Positions 35,501 through 48,656 of a stretch of 64,000 bases of DNA are shown piece after piece; positions within the stretch are counted from its first letter, which is position 1, and the number at the start of each line of letters is the position of its first letter. The DNA lies in contig JABVCE010000021.1 of NCBI GenBank assembly GCA_014905635.1, positions 372,001 to 436,000 of the forward strand, written 5' to 3'. This DNA comes from Scenedesmus sp. PABB004. Lineage: Eukaryota. A program made the position numbers and the translations under genes. Under the pieces are notes generated by a model. It did no database searches, was not told the origin of the DNA, and saw only the letters and a program-made list of their open reading frames with translations.

Positions 35501-38500
35501 CGGCCGAGGGCGAGCGGCTGGCGCGCTGGCAGGAGCTCAAGGCGTGCGTGGCTCAGCTCATCATGCACCTCGAAGAGGAGGTGAGCCGAGCTGAGCTGAG
35601 CTGAGCTGAGCAGCGCCGAGGCGGGCTGAGCCCAGGCGAGCGCCGTCCGGCGCCGCGCCCAGGCCCCGCCCGTCCCCACTGCCCGCCCGCGCGCAGGTGG
35701 AGGGCCTCAGCCTGCCGGGCGCGGCGGCGCTGCCGCGGCTCAAGGCGCGCTGGGCGCCGTACCTCGACCGCGAGCGCGTGGCGGCGGCCTACAGGTGAGC
35801 CGGCGGCCGCGGCGCCGCGGCGGCGCTCGGCGCGGCCGCGCGACGGCGCCCGAGCCGCCGCCGCCCGCCCGCCTGCCGCGCGCACGACGCGCAGGCGCGA
35901 CCAGGAGCAGCTGGCGCTGGGGCTGTCGGACGCGCGGCGCCGCGAGCTCGCCGCGCGGCGCCAGCGCGAGCAGCGCCAGGAGGCGGCGCGCGACGCGGCG
36001 CACATGGCCGATGTGCTCGCGCGCCTGTCCGCGGTCGGCGCGGCGTCGGCGGCGGTCGCGCAGGCGGCCGGGTGGCTCGTTGACGTGCTCACGCTGCACC
36101 AGTCTGACTCGGTGCCGAGCCAGGCCGAGGCGCGGGGCGTCATCCTGAGCTTCGCCGCCAGCCTCGCCGACCCGGGGCTCGCGAGCCCGCCGTCGCTGCA
36201 CGTCGCGCCCAGCCTCACCACGCTGGTCCCACACTACGACGTGAGGCGGCCGCCGCGGGGCGGCCGACGCAGTGCCCCGCTGCGCCCGACGCCGGGCCTC
36301 TGTCCGGCCAGCGCCCCACTCGAGCGCCGCCACCGCCTTGCCGCCGCCGCCGCGTCCGCCTGCAGGAGGAGGCCATGTATGCCCTCACACCCGGCGACGC
36401 CCTCGCCGACCTGCGCGCGCGCGCGGCGCTGCAGCGGGGCGGCCGCCCCGCGAGCGCGACGCCGCCCGCGCCCGCGCCGGGGCCGGCGCCCGCGCCGGGC
36501 GGCGGCCCCGCGGGGCGCGAGAGCCTGGCCTGCCTCATGTCTGACGACGGCTGCCCCACGCCGACCATGGCCTACCTCCGCAGCAATTTTGGCGCGCCCA
36601 GGTGGGCTGGCAAGCGCACTGAGGCCCGCACGCGCGCGTCGGGCCCAGGCGCGGGCCGTGCCACGCGCGCGACACGACGTGCCGCCCGCGCCGCCGCAGC
36701 GGGCGGGGGCCGAGCCAGTGGGCCAACTTTGTGGAGCGCGTCACGGGGCTCGCCGCGGCGGCGGGGCTCGACCGGCGCGCGCTGCCGGAGCGCATCAACG
36801 AGGTGCGCTGCGCTTCGCGCCGCGCTGTGCGCCGTGCGCTGCATGCTGTGCGCGGCGCTGTGCAGGCCCCCGTGCCGACCGCCGTCCCCTGCCCCCCCCC
36901 CTGCCCCCCCCCCTGCCCCCCCCTGCCCCCCCCTGCCCCCCCCCCCCCTGCCCCCCCCCCCCCCGCTGCAGTACCACTTCCTGCCAGGCGAGCCGCTGCA
37001 CCCCTGGAAGGAGGAGCTGCTGCTGTGGGCGAGCTGCCGCGGGCAGCTGCTCGCGCGCACCGTGCGCGGCCTGCTGAGCTACCGGGCTGCGCTCGCGGCG
37101 CTCGCTGACTTCGAATACCCCCGGCCCGCGCCGGGCGGCGCCGCGCTGGCGCTCGACGTCCCCGCGCGCGGCGGCGGCGGCCTCGCGGCGTCCGCACCGG
37201 CGGCGCTCGCGGCGGCGCGGCGCAGCAGCGCCGGCGGCGGCGCCGGCGCCGGCGCCGCGGCCGGCGGCACGGAGGCGCTGCGGCTGGGCGCCGGCGAGCT
37301 GCGGTCGGCGGTGCTGGACGACCTGCTGGACGCGAAGCACGGCCTCATCGTGAGCAGCCAAAACCTGGGCGCGCTCGCGGCGCGCGGCGCCTCGGACGCG
37401 CGCGCGGGGTGGCTCGTGCACAGCGTGCGCCGCCTCATGGACCGGCACCCCAGCCTGCGCGTCGCGTACGTCGACGCGGCGCCGCTGCTGCGCGGCGGGC
37501 GGCCGGGGGCCGGGCCCGCGCTGTCGCGCGGCGCGAGCGTGCTGCTCGCGAGCGAGCGCCAGCGCCGCCTCGCCGCGGCGGTCGGCGTGCACCTGCACGA
37601 GGAGCAGTACCGGTGAGCGCGAGACGTCCGCTGGCGGCCCGCCCGCGTCTCCACCGAGCGCGTGCGCGGCGTGCTGCCGCTGCGCCGCTCGTGTGCGCGC
37701 CGCTCACGCCCGCACGCCCGCGCGCGCCCGCGCCCCGCCGCACACGCCGCAGCGTGCAGCACCCCATCAACTTTGAGTCTGACCGCGGCGTCATCCTGGG
37801 CGAGGGCAAGCCGGAGAACCAGAACCACGCGCTGCCCTTTTGCCACGGCGAGGCGGTGCAGACGATCGACTGCAACCAGGACTGCGTGGTCGCTGAGGGC
37901 CTGAAGCTGCGCAACCTGCTCGCGGAGCTGCTGCCGCCGGGCTGGGCGTCGCCGCCGCGGCCCGCGAGCCTGCAGCGCCGCCTGGGGCCGCTGCTCGGCG
38001 GCGGCAAGGACACGGCGGCGGCGGCGCCGCCGCTGCCGCCCGCGCGCGGGCGGCGCGGCACGGCGCCTGGGGCGCCGCAGCTTATGGATGACATGCCCCG
38101 GGGGCGGGGGCGCGTGGCGCTGGTGGGGTTCAGGGAGTGGGTGTTCAGCGAGGACAGCGGCGCGCTCGCCGAGTTTGCGGCCGCCACGGAGCGCAGCTTC
38201 GGCACGACGGTGCAGCGCCTGATGCACAACCCCGGTGCGGCGGGGCGGGGCGCAGCCACTCAAGCGGCGCGGCCACTCGCAAAGGGCCCGCGCGCTCACG
38301 CGCGCGCCATCTGGGCGGCGGCGCACCGCAGGGGCCTGCCGCTTCCACTACGGCCACCCCGACGTGTGGCGGCGCTCGTACGTCGCCACCTGCGGCGGCG
38401 TGAGCAAGGTGCGGCCCGGGCGGCCGCGCTGCGCTGCGCCGCGCGCAGTCCAAGGCTCTGTCGAGGCGTGGGCGTCCACAGCCGCCGGCCTGCCGACGTG

Positions 38501-41004
38501 CCGCCGCCGCCGCGGGCGCCGCCGCCGCCGCCGCCGCAGGCGACCACGGGCCTGCACGTGAGCGAGGACGTGTTTGGTGGGTACGGCCTGATGCTGCGCG
38601 GGCGCGGCGTGGCGTACGTCGACTACATCGCCGTCGGCAAGGGCCGCGACATGGGCTTCGAGTCGATCAACACCTTTGAGGCCAAGGCGCGTGCGCACTC
38701 GGGCGCCGCTCCGCGGCGCGGCCAGGGCCGCGCCGCGCGCCGTGCGCGCCGCCGGCCGTTCCCCGGCGCCACGCGCGGCCGCCGCCACCCCGGGCGCGCC
38801 GCGCGCAACCCCTTGCAGATCGCGGGCGGCAACGGCGAGCAGGTCATCAGCCGCGACGTGCGGCGGCTGGGCGAGTGCCTCGACTTCACGCGGCTCATGA
38901 CCTTTTATCACACCGGTGAGGCTGCCAGCTAGCTAGCTGGCAGGGCCCTTGGCGAGGAGGGCGACGGGGCTGGCGCGGCAGCGGCAACGCGCCCGCCGCG
39001 CGTCGGGGCGCCCCGCAGGCAACGGATATTTCATCAACACCGCGCTCACGATGCTCGGCGTGCACGCGACGCTGTGGGCGCTGCTGCTGCTCGTGTTTGA
39101 GCGCGCGTACGGCCCCGAGGGCGCCGCGCTGCGGGGCTGGCTCGGCGGGCTGCAGCTGCTGCAGCTCGGCAGCCTCGGCATCGTGGTGCACTGGATCACG
39201 CTCGCCCTGGAGGTGGGGCTGCTCCGCAGCGTCGCGGCGCTGCTGCGCCAGCTGCTGCAAGGTGTGTCCGCGCGCGCGCGCGCGCGGCGCGGCGCGCGGC
39301 GCGCCGCGCGCGCCGCCGCGCGCGCCGCCGGGAGCGGAGCGACCGAGCTGCTGAGCTGCGTGCGCGCACCACCCCCGCAGGGAGCCTCATGTTTGCTGTC
39401 TTCCGCGCCCAGACCAGCGCGTCCGCGTTCACGTCCGACCTGCTCTTCGGCGGCGCGCGCTACGCCGGGACCGGGCGCGGCTACACGCTCGCGCACACAC
39501 CCTTCCGCGAGCTCTGGCGCCGGTGCGCGCGCTGCGCCCGGCGCACGCTTTCCCGCCCACCCGCCCGTGCCGTCCTCCCCGCCCGTGCCGTCCTGCCCGC
39601 CTGCCCACACGCCCGCCGCCCTCGCGGCCCGGCAGGTACGGTCGGTCTCACATGTACTTTGCCGCGGTGCTGCTGCAGTATGCGGTCGCCGTTGTGGCGG
39701 CGGGGCACGTCGGCGGCGGCCGGCAGCTGCTCGTCCTCTGGGCGCCGCTCGTGGTGGTGGTCAGCCTGCTCTTCGCGCCCTTCTGGTTCACGCCCTTTGC
39801 CTTCCGCACCAAGACAGTGCTGGTGCGCCGGCGCGGCAGGCAGGGGGCTGCACGTTCCCGCGCCTCACGCCTCCCACGCGCGGCGCCGCCGCCGCCCACA
39901 CGCGCCACACGCCGCCGCCGTGACACCGGCAGGCCGACATCGACGCGACGCAGCGCTGGTTCGCGTCGCCCAGCACCACCGACAGCTGGCGCGCCGCGTA
40001 CGCGGCGTGGTGGGGCGCCGCGACGGGCGCGGGCGGGCGGCAGACGGGGCGCCTCGGCGCGTGCCTGCGCGCGCACGCGGCGAAGCTGCCCTCGCTCGTG
40101 CTGCTGCTCGCGGTCGCCACGCGCGTCGACCTGCGCGAGGACAGCCGGCTGCCAAAGTATGGGGTGCCCCTCGTCCTCGCGGGTGCGGCGGCGCCGGCGG
40201 CGCGGCCCGCACGGCCGGGCGGCTGGCCGGCTGCAGCGCGCGCCGCTGACCGCGCGCGCGCCGCCGACCGCGCGGGCGCCGCGCCGCTGCCGCCGCTCTG
40301 GCCCGCGCGCGCGCAGGCGGCGTGGTGCTCATGGTCGCCGCGATCCAGGCCAGCCGCGCCGTCGCGGCGCGCTCCGCGCTGCGCCACGCGTGGCCGCGCC
40401 TCGCGAGCAACGCCGCCGGCGTCGCGCTCGTGGGCGGGCTCGCGGCGTCGGGCTTTGCGACCACCGGCCGCGCCGGCGAGCTCGGCAACCCGCTGCTCGT
40501 CCTGTTTGGCCTCGTGCTGCTGCTCCGCCTGCTGCCGCTGTCCGCGTACAACCCCCTCCTGCGCCGTCCGCTGGCCGGCCTCGCGGCGGGCGTCGCGTAC
40601 GCGGCCGACGCGGCGCTCGCGTCGCTGCTGCTCGGCGGCGCGTTCGTGCTGAGCCTGTTCGACCTCCTCACCGGCCTGCAGGCGCGCGCCGGCCGCCGGC
40701 AGCCGGCGCCGCCGCCGCCGCCGCGGCGCACGCGGCGCCCGCGGCCGGCCGCCTGTGTTGACCGCGCCGCCACTTGCCCCGCCGCCGCCCCCGCCACCCC
40801 CGCCACCCCGCCGCCGCTGCCGCCCGCGTCCGCCGCCAGGCGCAGCTGCTGTTCAACCACCGCTTTGCGCGGCAGGTCATGGCGGACGCGAGCCTGGAGA
40901 CGAGCGAGGTGCCGGGGCTGATCACGCAGGCCCTAGAGCTGCAGCGCCGCCTTCGCCGCGCGGAGCGGGATCGCGCGCCCGGCGGGGGCGGGCCCGCGCG
41001 GTGA
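31227..41004 (+). CDS. Callose synthase / 1,3-beta-glucan synthase (GT48), paralog 2; many exons, start uncertain (could lie near 31014)
   Basis: AFGFQ, ALIYAEAANLRHTPHLCFLLHHIM, LGYDDFDEA, KTFVEARS, SFAASL, TTLVPHYD, WANFVER, WASCRGQLLARTVRGL, LRVAYVD, ILGEGKPENQNHA, QTIDCNQD, RFHYGHPD, SEDVFGG, GNGEQVISRD, FGGARYAGTGRG, YGRSH, QLLFNHRFAR. Confidence 0.93.
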
Positions 41005-41090
41005 CGCGCGGGCGGCGGCCAGGGCTCTGGCTGCGGCGGCGGTCAACGGGGCGGGGAGAGCGGCGGTCGCCCTCTGTGACCGGCGCACAG

Positions 41091-44000
41091 TCACGATACC
41101 GCAGCGGCGGCAGCCGCGGCGCCGCGCGCCGCGCCGTCCTGCAGGCACGCGTGCGCCGACTTGCTGCGCCGCCCGGCCGGCGCCAGCGCGCCCGGCGGCG
41201 GCCAGCGCGGCGCGTCGCCGCCGCCCGGCCACAGCCTTCCGCTGGCGCCGCCGCTCGGCGCGGCGGTGGCCGCCCACTCCCAGCTGGAGCCTCCCAGCTC
41301 GAGGCTGCTGCACACGAGCACGCCGTTGACGGTCTCCCGCTGCTTGTCCAGCAGCCCCACATAGCGCGCTGCGTCGAGCGCGCCGCCTTGGCCGCCGTTT
41401 GCTCGCCGGCCCGCCGTGACGAGTCCGCGCCAGCCGCCGCCGCCGCCGCCGGGCGCCGCCGGGGCTGCGGCGGCGCCGGCGCTGCAGCACGCCTCCTCAT
41501 CCCCTTGCCCGCCGAGCAGGCCCCTGGCGGCGCGGTGCATGGGGTGAGGCGGCGGGCAGGCGCAGCCCGCGCGCGCGCCCAGCGCTGCCGGCTCACCCCA
41601 GCTCCGGCAGCGCCGCTGCAAGGCTCTCGTCCGCCCTGGCCCGCGCCTCGCGCAGCACATCGGGGTTGCCCCACCTGCCGGCACGCGGCAGGAGGGCCGC
41701 GCGTGAGCGCCGGGGCCAGCTCGGCAGCCTCGGCCGCCGCCCGCACGCGCGCGTGTGCGCGCGCACCTTCCCAGCAGTCGCCGACGGCCTTTCTTCTTGC
41801 CGCCGCCCCTGCCGCCGCTGCCGCCCGCGGCGCTGCGCCGCGTCGCCGCGACCGCGGCGGCCAGCGCGGCCTGCTCGCTCACGAGCTGCTGCAGCAGGCC
41901 GACCAGGCCCGGCGCGCGCAGCAGCACCGCCGCCTCGTCCGGCGCCAGCGCGCCGTCCTGCTGGCGGGGCGCGGTGCCAGCTTCTGCGCCTGGGATGCTC
42001 GGCCTGCCGCCGTGGCTGCCGCTGCCCGCGGCTGGCGCTCCCCCGGGCGGGGCGGCGGTCGCCCGCTCCAGCTGCGCCATCGCCTGCGCGGCCGACAGCC
42101 GGGCCAGCAGCTGCTGCGCCGCGGACGCAGCCGTCGCGTTGCCCGGACGCACGCCCTGCTGTTGGCTGCTGGAGCTGCTGGCGGCCTGGTTGCTGCTGCT
42201 GATGGGCCCCAGCTGGCTGCTGCTCGCCTTGCTGCTGCTGCTACGGCTGCTGGTGCGGCTGCTGACGCCGCTGGCGGCAGCGGCGCCCGCTGCCGCAGGC
42301 TGGCCCGGCGTGCACCCGCCGCCGCCGCCGCCGCCGCAGCTGCCTGCCGGCTGCAGGGCCGCGAGCAGCGCCGCAACTGAGCTCGGCAGGCCGCCCCCCG
42401 CACCGCCAGCGGCTGCGCCGGCGTCGCTCTCGGTGCCGGCCGCGCCCACGCTCGTCAGCAGCGCCGCGATGCGGCTGCTGAGCTGCTCGATGCTGCTGCT
42501 GATCGCGGACACCGCAGCCGCTGCCGCCGCCGCGGCCGCCGCAGCCGCGGCCGTGTCGTCGTCGCCCGCCAGCTGCAGCTCGCCCGCCGCCGCTGCCCGC
42601 GCGCCGGCAGCGGCGCAGGCCCGCCCGTCAGGCGCCGGCGGCCGCTCCTCCTCCTCGGACGACTCGTCGTCGCTGTCGGTGCAGGCGTCGTCGTCCTCGC
42701 CAGCACCCGCGCCGGCAGCCAGCAGCGCCGCGAGCGTGGGGCTCGCCGGCGGCGCCGCCGCGGCGCCGCCCGACGGCGCCGCGGCCAGGAGCTGCGCCGC
42801 CAGCTCCGCCGCGGCGGCGCCCTCGCCGTCCCAGTAGTCCAGCAGCGTGCGCACGAGCGCGCAGCCCATCTCCTCCAGGTGGCCTGGCGGCCGCGCAGGG
42901 CGCGTCGGCGCGTCGGTCGCGTCGCTGCTGCGGCCGCGGGGCGCCCCTTGTGAGTCCGCGGCCGTCGACCCGCCCGCCCAGCACCCGTGTTGAAGTGGTG
43001 GCCCGCGTGGCGCCCGCCCGCCGCGCCGCAGAAGCTCGCCTCGATCGTGAAGGCGTTGACCAGGCCCAGCTCACGGAACGCGACCACGCGCCCCGTGCCG
43101 GCCTTGGACCGCTGCACCTGCACGCGCGCGCGCCGCGCGCGCGGCGCGGGTCTGAGCGAGGCGCGGCGGCGACAGGGCCCGCCGGCGGCGAGCGCCATGC
43201 CGCGTGGCGGCCGCGCAGCCGTCGTGGGTGCAGCGCGCCTTGAAGTTGCAGCCGCGGTAGGTGAACAGGTGCGGGGCATTCACGGCGAGCATCAGCGGAA
43301 ACAGCCGCTCCTGCACGCGGCTCGGCACGCCGGGCGCGCCGCCGACGCTGCCCGGGCCGGGCGCCGGCCCCGCCGCCTGCCCGGCGGGCCCGTCCTTGCC
43401 GCGCTTTTCGCAGCCGTACATGAACACGCCCTGCCGCTGCGAGTGGCCGTGCATGTCCACAAACAGCGCGACCTGCGCGGTGGCGTCGACGCGGCGCCGA
43501 GGCGGAGGCGTCGAGGCGGCGCCGAGGCGGTGTCAACGCGGCGCAGCGCGCGCGCCCCCCAGCGACGCGCCTCGCGCTCCGCGCTCAGCGCCCTGATCAT
43601 CGCCTTGAGCGCCGCGATGGCCGGCTGCAGCCGCGCGTCCGGCTCCTGCGGCGCGGCAGTGGCGGCGGCGCGCGCGGTCGGGGCGCCGCCCGGCGCCGGC
43701 GCTGGCCCGGGCGGCCCGCGCGCGCGGCTGCGCGCGCGCTGTGTGCTGCGCCTGCCTCGCGCGCGCGCCTGCCACACGCGGTTGAGGTCGAGGCCGGCGA
43801 GGCTGCAGCGATAGTTGCCGGCGATCACGCCGTCGGGGTTAAGCATCGGCACGACCTGCCAGGCGGTGGGCGGGGCGGGCAGCGGCGGCGGCAGCTCAGG
43901 GCTGCTGCGGCGGCGCGCCAGCAGACACGGGAGGGAGGGGGCCGGGGAGGAGCCCCACACCCCGGGCGCCCGCCGCGGCGGCGCCGCCGCGCCTTGAACA

Positions 44001-46086
44001 CAAAGCGCTCGCGCAGCGCCGCGCCGTCGCCGCCGGGTGCGAGCAGCTGCTGCAGCGCCCCCTGCATCAGCCACGACGCGTTGGTCTCACCCGGGTGCAC
44101 GCGCGCTGCGGCGGCGGCGGCGGCGGCGCGCGCGCGTGGGCCGACGCCGCGCGCCCGGCAGGCCGGCCGGCGCGCGCGGCGTGCACAGCGCGCGCAGCGC
44201 ACCCGACAGCACGACGCCGCGGCGCCGCGGCAGCGGCGTGCCGTCGTCGGGCGGCGCGGTGATGGTGAGCACGTCGACGGCGTTGCCGGCGAGGCTGAGC
44301 GCGAGCGTCTTGCGGCGCAGCACGACGCGCGGCCGCGGCTCCCTGCAGAGCGCCACGAGGTGGGCTTGCAGGTCGGAGTAGCCCAGCGGGTAGCAGTGGG
44401 CCAGGTGCACCAGGTCGTTTGCACCATGAGCCACCTCGAGTACAAAGCTGGGCGCGGGGCAGCGCAGGCGGCGGATGCTTGGCGCCGGTCGGCCGGACCC
44501 CGGCGGCGGCCGCGCCGCGTCGCGGCGGCGCGCGCCTGAGCGTGAAGTGCGGCTGCCGGCCCGCGCGCGCGGCGTTGGGGCCGTACGCGACGTCGCGCCC
44601 CGCGCGCGCCCAGCCGACGCCGGCGCGCGCGAGCGCGGCAGCCGAGTGCGCGAGCGGGCGCATGCCGGCCGTGGCATAGAGGGAGTCCCCCTTCATGAGG
44701 TTGATGATGTTCAGGCGGTAACCCACGCCCGGGCGCGCGTTTGACAGCGCAAAGAAGAACCTGGCGGCCGCCGCAGCCGCCGCGGAGCCGACGGGGGGCG
44801 GCGGACGCGGGCTGGGCGCCAGGCGCCGGGCGGCGGGCGGCCGGCGCCGGCGCGCCGCGTGCGCACCACTGCGTGTGGCCGCGCGTGTTGATGTCGGGCT
44901 GCAGCACCAGGTCGTACTCAAACTCACTCACCTGGCAGCGCGGCAATGACGGCGCTTGTGTGAGTCGGAGCGCCGCGCCGGCGCCGTGGCGGCGCGCGCG
45001 CGACGGCGCACCTGCACCGCGCGCCGCAGGTTGCCGCCCTCGAACCGCGACTCAAACACGAGCGTGCCGTCCTCGGGGCCGGTGGGGAGGTACCAGGGCT
45101 CCAGCCCGGGCGCGTACGCGAGCGCGGCCGCGGCGTCGCTGCCCCCGCTGGCGCGGCGGGCGTCGCCGCAGCAGTCGGCGCCGCCGGCGCCGTCGGCGCT
45201 GCACGCTGTCGACGGCAGCAGGCTGTCAAAAACCAGGCGGTTCAGCAGGGCGCCCGGCGGCGCGGCCGCGCGGGCCGCTTGCCGCGCGGCCAGGCCCGCG
45301 CGCGCCGCCTCGGCGTCCACCGGCGCCAGCGGCTCGGCGTGCGGCGGCGGCACCGCGCTGCGCGGGCCGAGCCGCGGCGGCGGGCGCAGCAGGCAGGTGC
45401 CGCTGCGGGCGGGCAAGTTGGGCACGGCCACGCCGTCGGGCGGGCGCAGCAGCAGGCCCGGCACGTGGCGCGCGCCCAGCTGGGGCGCCGGCAGGCCGTG
45501 CGTCCGGTCGCGCAGCGCGGCGCCCGGGGCCTGGCCGGCGCTGCTGCCTGGCGCGCGCCGCGCCGGTGCCGCCACCGCGGCCGCGCCGCCGGCGCTGCCG
45601 CTGCATGGCGGCCCGGCCGCGACGCGCTGCTGCCAGCTCGGCGGGCTGCTGGCAGTTGCTGGCGCCGGCGCCGCCAACGCCTGGCCGCCGGCGCCGCCGG
45701 CCGGTTGCGCCGCCGGGCTCGGGCGCCAGCCCTCGGCGCCCGCGCCTGCGGTTGCAGCAGCAGCTCCCAGCTCAGCAGCAGCGCTGTGGGCCGGCGCGCG
45801 CGTGCCGGTGCCGCACCGTGCTGCCGCCGCGCGCCGCCCGCACAGCGCGGGGCGAGGCTGAGCACCTCGTCCAGCAGCACGGGGTCGCAGCTCGCGGAGC
45901 ACCCCGGCAGCGCCGTCCGGCCCGTGCCGTGGCCGTCGCTCAGCAGCTTGAGCTCGCTCTGCGGCGCGCGAGCAGCGGCCGGCGCTGAGCAGCGAGCAGC
46001 GGCCTGCTGGCGGCGCTGCCAGCGGCGGGCGGTCCTTAGGGCGCGACTATGCGTCGGCGCAGAGAGCGTACCAGCAGGTCAGCCAT
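41091..46086 (-). CDS. Cytosolic carboxypeptidase (M14D, CCP/AGBL/Nna1-like tubulin deglutamylase); multi-exon
   Basis: [112 protein letters not shown]. Confidence 0.92.
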
Positions 46087-46307
46087 GGCGCTCGAGCTCG
46101 CCCGCCTCTTACGGGGCGCGCCGGCGCTGCGCCATCTCCCGCGCCGCCGCGGCCGCCGCGGCTGCGCGGTCGTGGGGCAGCGGGGCGCGAGCAGCTGCCC
46201 GTTGGACGCACGTTGCGAAACCAAGGGCTGACAGGCGCGCAAGTCAGCGACGGCGGGTTTCAACGCCGGTCAACGAGCCGCCTCCTGGCCATCGCCTCCC
46301 GCCGCCG

Positions 46308-47403
46308 TCACCGCCCGCCCGGCCGGAAGATCTGCCCGAGGGCCTCCCAGGGCGACACGTCCCAGCTCTCCACGTGCCGCGCGATGCGGTTGGACTCCGC
46401 GTTGAGCGTGTACACCGTGGCCCCCAGCACCGACACGCGCGGCCGCCAGGGCAGCGCGAGCCCCGTGTCGAGCGTCCACGTCGCGCGCAGCAGCTGCTGC
46501 TGCGGCTGCGCCTGCTGCGCCTGCGGGAGGCGCTCGATCGAGAGCAGCTCGATGCGCGGCGCGGCGAGGAAGGGGACGAGCAGCTGCAGGTTGCGCTCCC
46601 AGAGCGCGAGGCCGCTGAACGACACGGTCGGGTCAACGAACTCGCAGTCCTGCGCGCAGCGGGCGCAACGAGGTGAGAAGCGCAGCCGCGCGGCGCCGCG
46701 GCGCTGCTGGCGCCCGCGCGGCGCCGCCGCGCCGCCCCCTTCCCGCCTTTCCCGCCCGCGCCTGTTCGTAGATTGAGGCGTCGATGACGCCTGAGGCGCA
46801 CCGGTGCGCCGCGGCGCGGCGCGGCGCGGCGGGGCGCGGACGGCGCGGTCTCAGCTGCGGCGCGCGCAGCGCAGCACGCGCCAGGCCGCGCAGCGCGGCA
46901 CAGCAGCACAGCGCAGCGCAGCGGCGCACCGGTCACAAAATACGCGTTGTCAAAGTCTGCAGACAGGCGGGCCATGAGCCCCTCGACGTCCCCCGGCGCG
47001 AGCGGCGCGGCGGGCGGCGGGCGCGCCGCCGCGATGCGGTCAAACGCCTGTCGCCTGCGGCGCGCGCGTGCGGGCGGGCTGTCGGCGCCGGCGGCGCCAC
47101 ACGTGCGGGCGCAAGGAGGGCCGCGCCGCGGCGTGCGAAAGGCCGCGCCGCCCCGCACCCGACGCCGAGCGCGCGCAGCGACTCGGTCAGGGCCGCGACC
47201 AGCGCCGACACGACCGCGCTGCTGCCGCCCGGCACGGGCGCCTGCTGCTGCCGCTGCTGCTGCCGCTGCTGCTGCTGCAGCGGCGGCGCAGACCGCTCCT
47301 GCTGCCGCGCCTGCTGCGCCGCCCGCACCGCCACCAGCGCGCGCCGCCGGTGGGTGGCGGCCGGCGCCAGCGGCGCCGCCGTGAGCGGCCGCCCGAGCTG
47401 CAT
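46308..47403 (-). CDS. DUF2358 / SnoaL-like (NTF2-fold) protein, probably plastid-targeted
   Basis: LSADFDNAYFVTG|VIDASIYEQ|DCEFVDPTVSFSGLALWERN..LPWRPRVSVLGATVYTLNAESNRIARHVESWDVS; transit-peptide-like N-terminus. Confidence 0.8.
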
Positions 47404-48125
47404 TGCGGACGGCGGCGCCTCGGGTGGTGGTCGGCGCGCGGCCGGCGGGGCGGCGCGCGGCGGCGCGCTGCCACGTTCTCAGCGGCGGGCGCGGTGCCGG
47501 GCGCTTTTTTGGGGGCGGATCCGGCTGAGGGGGGCGCAGCGAAAATGGAACGTCGGCGGACTCGTTCGCCTGAGCCCCCGCGGTGCTCGTCGCGCAGCCC
47601 CGCCCGCCCGCCCTCCCGCCGCTGCTGCCCGCGCGCAGCCAGTCGATCGCGGACGCGCGCACCGGTGCGCCTGCCTCGCCCAGCGCACACCGCCCGCCCT
47701 CCTGCATCTCGAGCGCCCCGCGCCGCGCGCCATGGCGCTGCGACACCCGCTGCAGCGGCCTCAGGCAAGCCGATCGGGCGCGGCAGCGTGTGGCGCGGGC
47801 GCGGGGAGGCCTCGCGCTCGCGGCGCGCTGGCGCGGCGCCCAACCCCCCGCCGCTGCTGCCTCGCCGCAGGCCCGCAGCGGCGCCGCCGCCGCCGCCGCC
47901 CTACCGCGCGGCGCCAGCGCCCGCCGGCCTCTGGCCCTGCGCGCCGCCGGCGGCCGCGGCCCCGCCAAGGAGCCCGCGCCCGCGCCCGCGGCGGACGCAG
48001 ACGCGGCGCCCACGCCGCCGCCGCAGCAGCAGCAGCCGCGCCGCAGCCGGCGCAGCCGCGCCGCGAGCTCCGCGCCGTCGTCGCCAGGCGCAGCGGCCCA
48101 CGCTGGTGCGGGCTGGCCGGAGCGC

Positions 48126-48521
48126 ATGGGCGCGATCCAGGGCCTCATGGCCCGCGCGCAGGAGCAGCTGGCCCGCGCGACGGCGCTGTCGGGCGCCGAG
48201 CCGCACCTCGCCGCCGCGCTGCGGGCCAAGGCGGACGGCCACCTCGAGCTGCTCATGCAGCTGGCCGAGGCGGAGTCGCGGTGCGCGCGCGGCGCGCCAG
48301 CAGCGGCGGCCGCAGCGCCCGCGCCGCGCGCCCGCGTGCGCCCCGCCGCGAGCGGCGCCCGCCGCCGCCGGCGCCGACCGCCGGCCGCCGCTCACGCCAC
48401 GCCGCGCTGCAGGCACCTCGCCGGAGGCTCCTCGCCCGAGCAGGTGCAGCAGCGCCTCGCGCAGCTGCAGGAGCAGCTCGATGCAGAGCAGCAGGCCGCG
48501 CTGGCCGCCCTGCAGCGCGAG

Positions 48522-48562
<41 letters not shown>

Positions 48563-48616
48563 GGCCGCGTCGTCGCGCCCCGCCGTCGCGGTTGCGGCGG
48601 TCGGCCCCTCCGCGGC

Positions 48617-48656
<40 letters not shown>

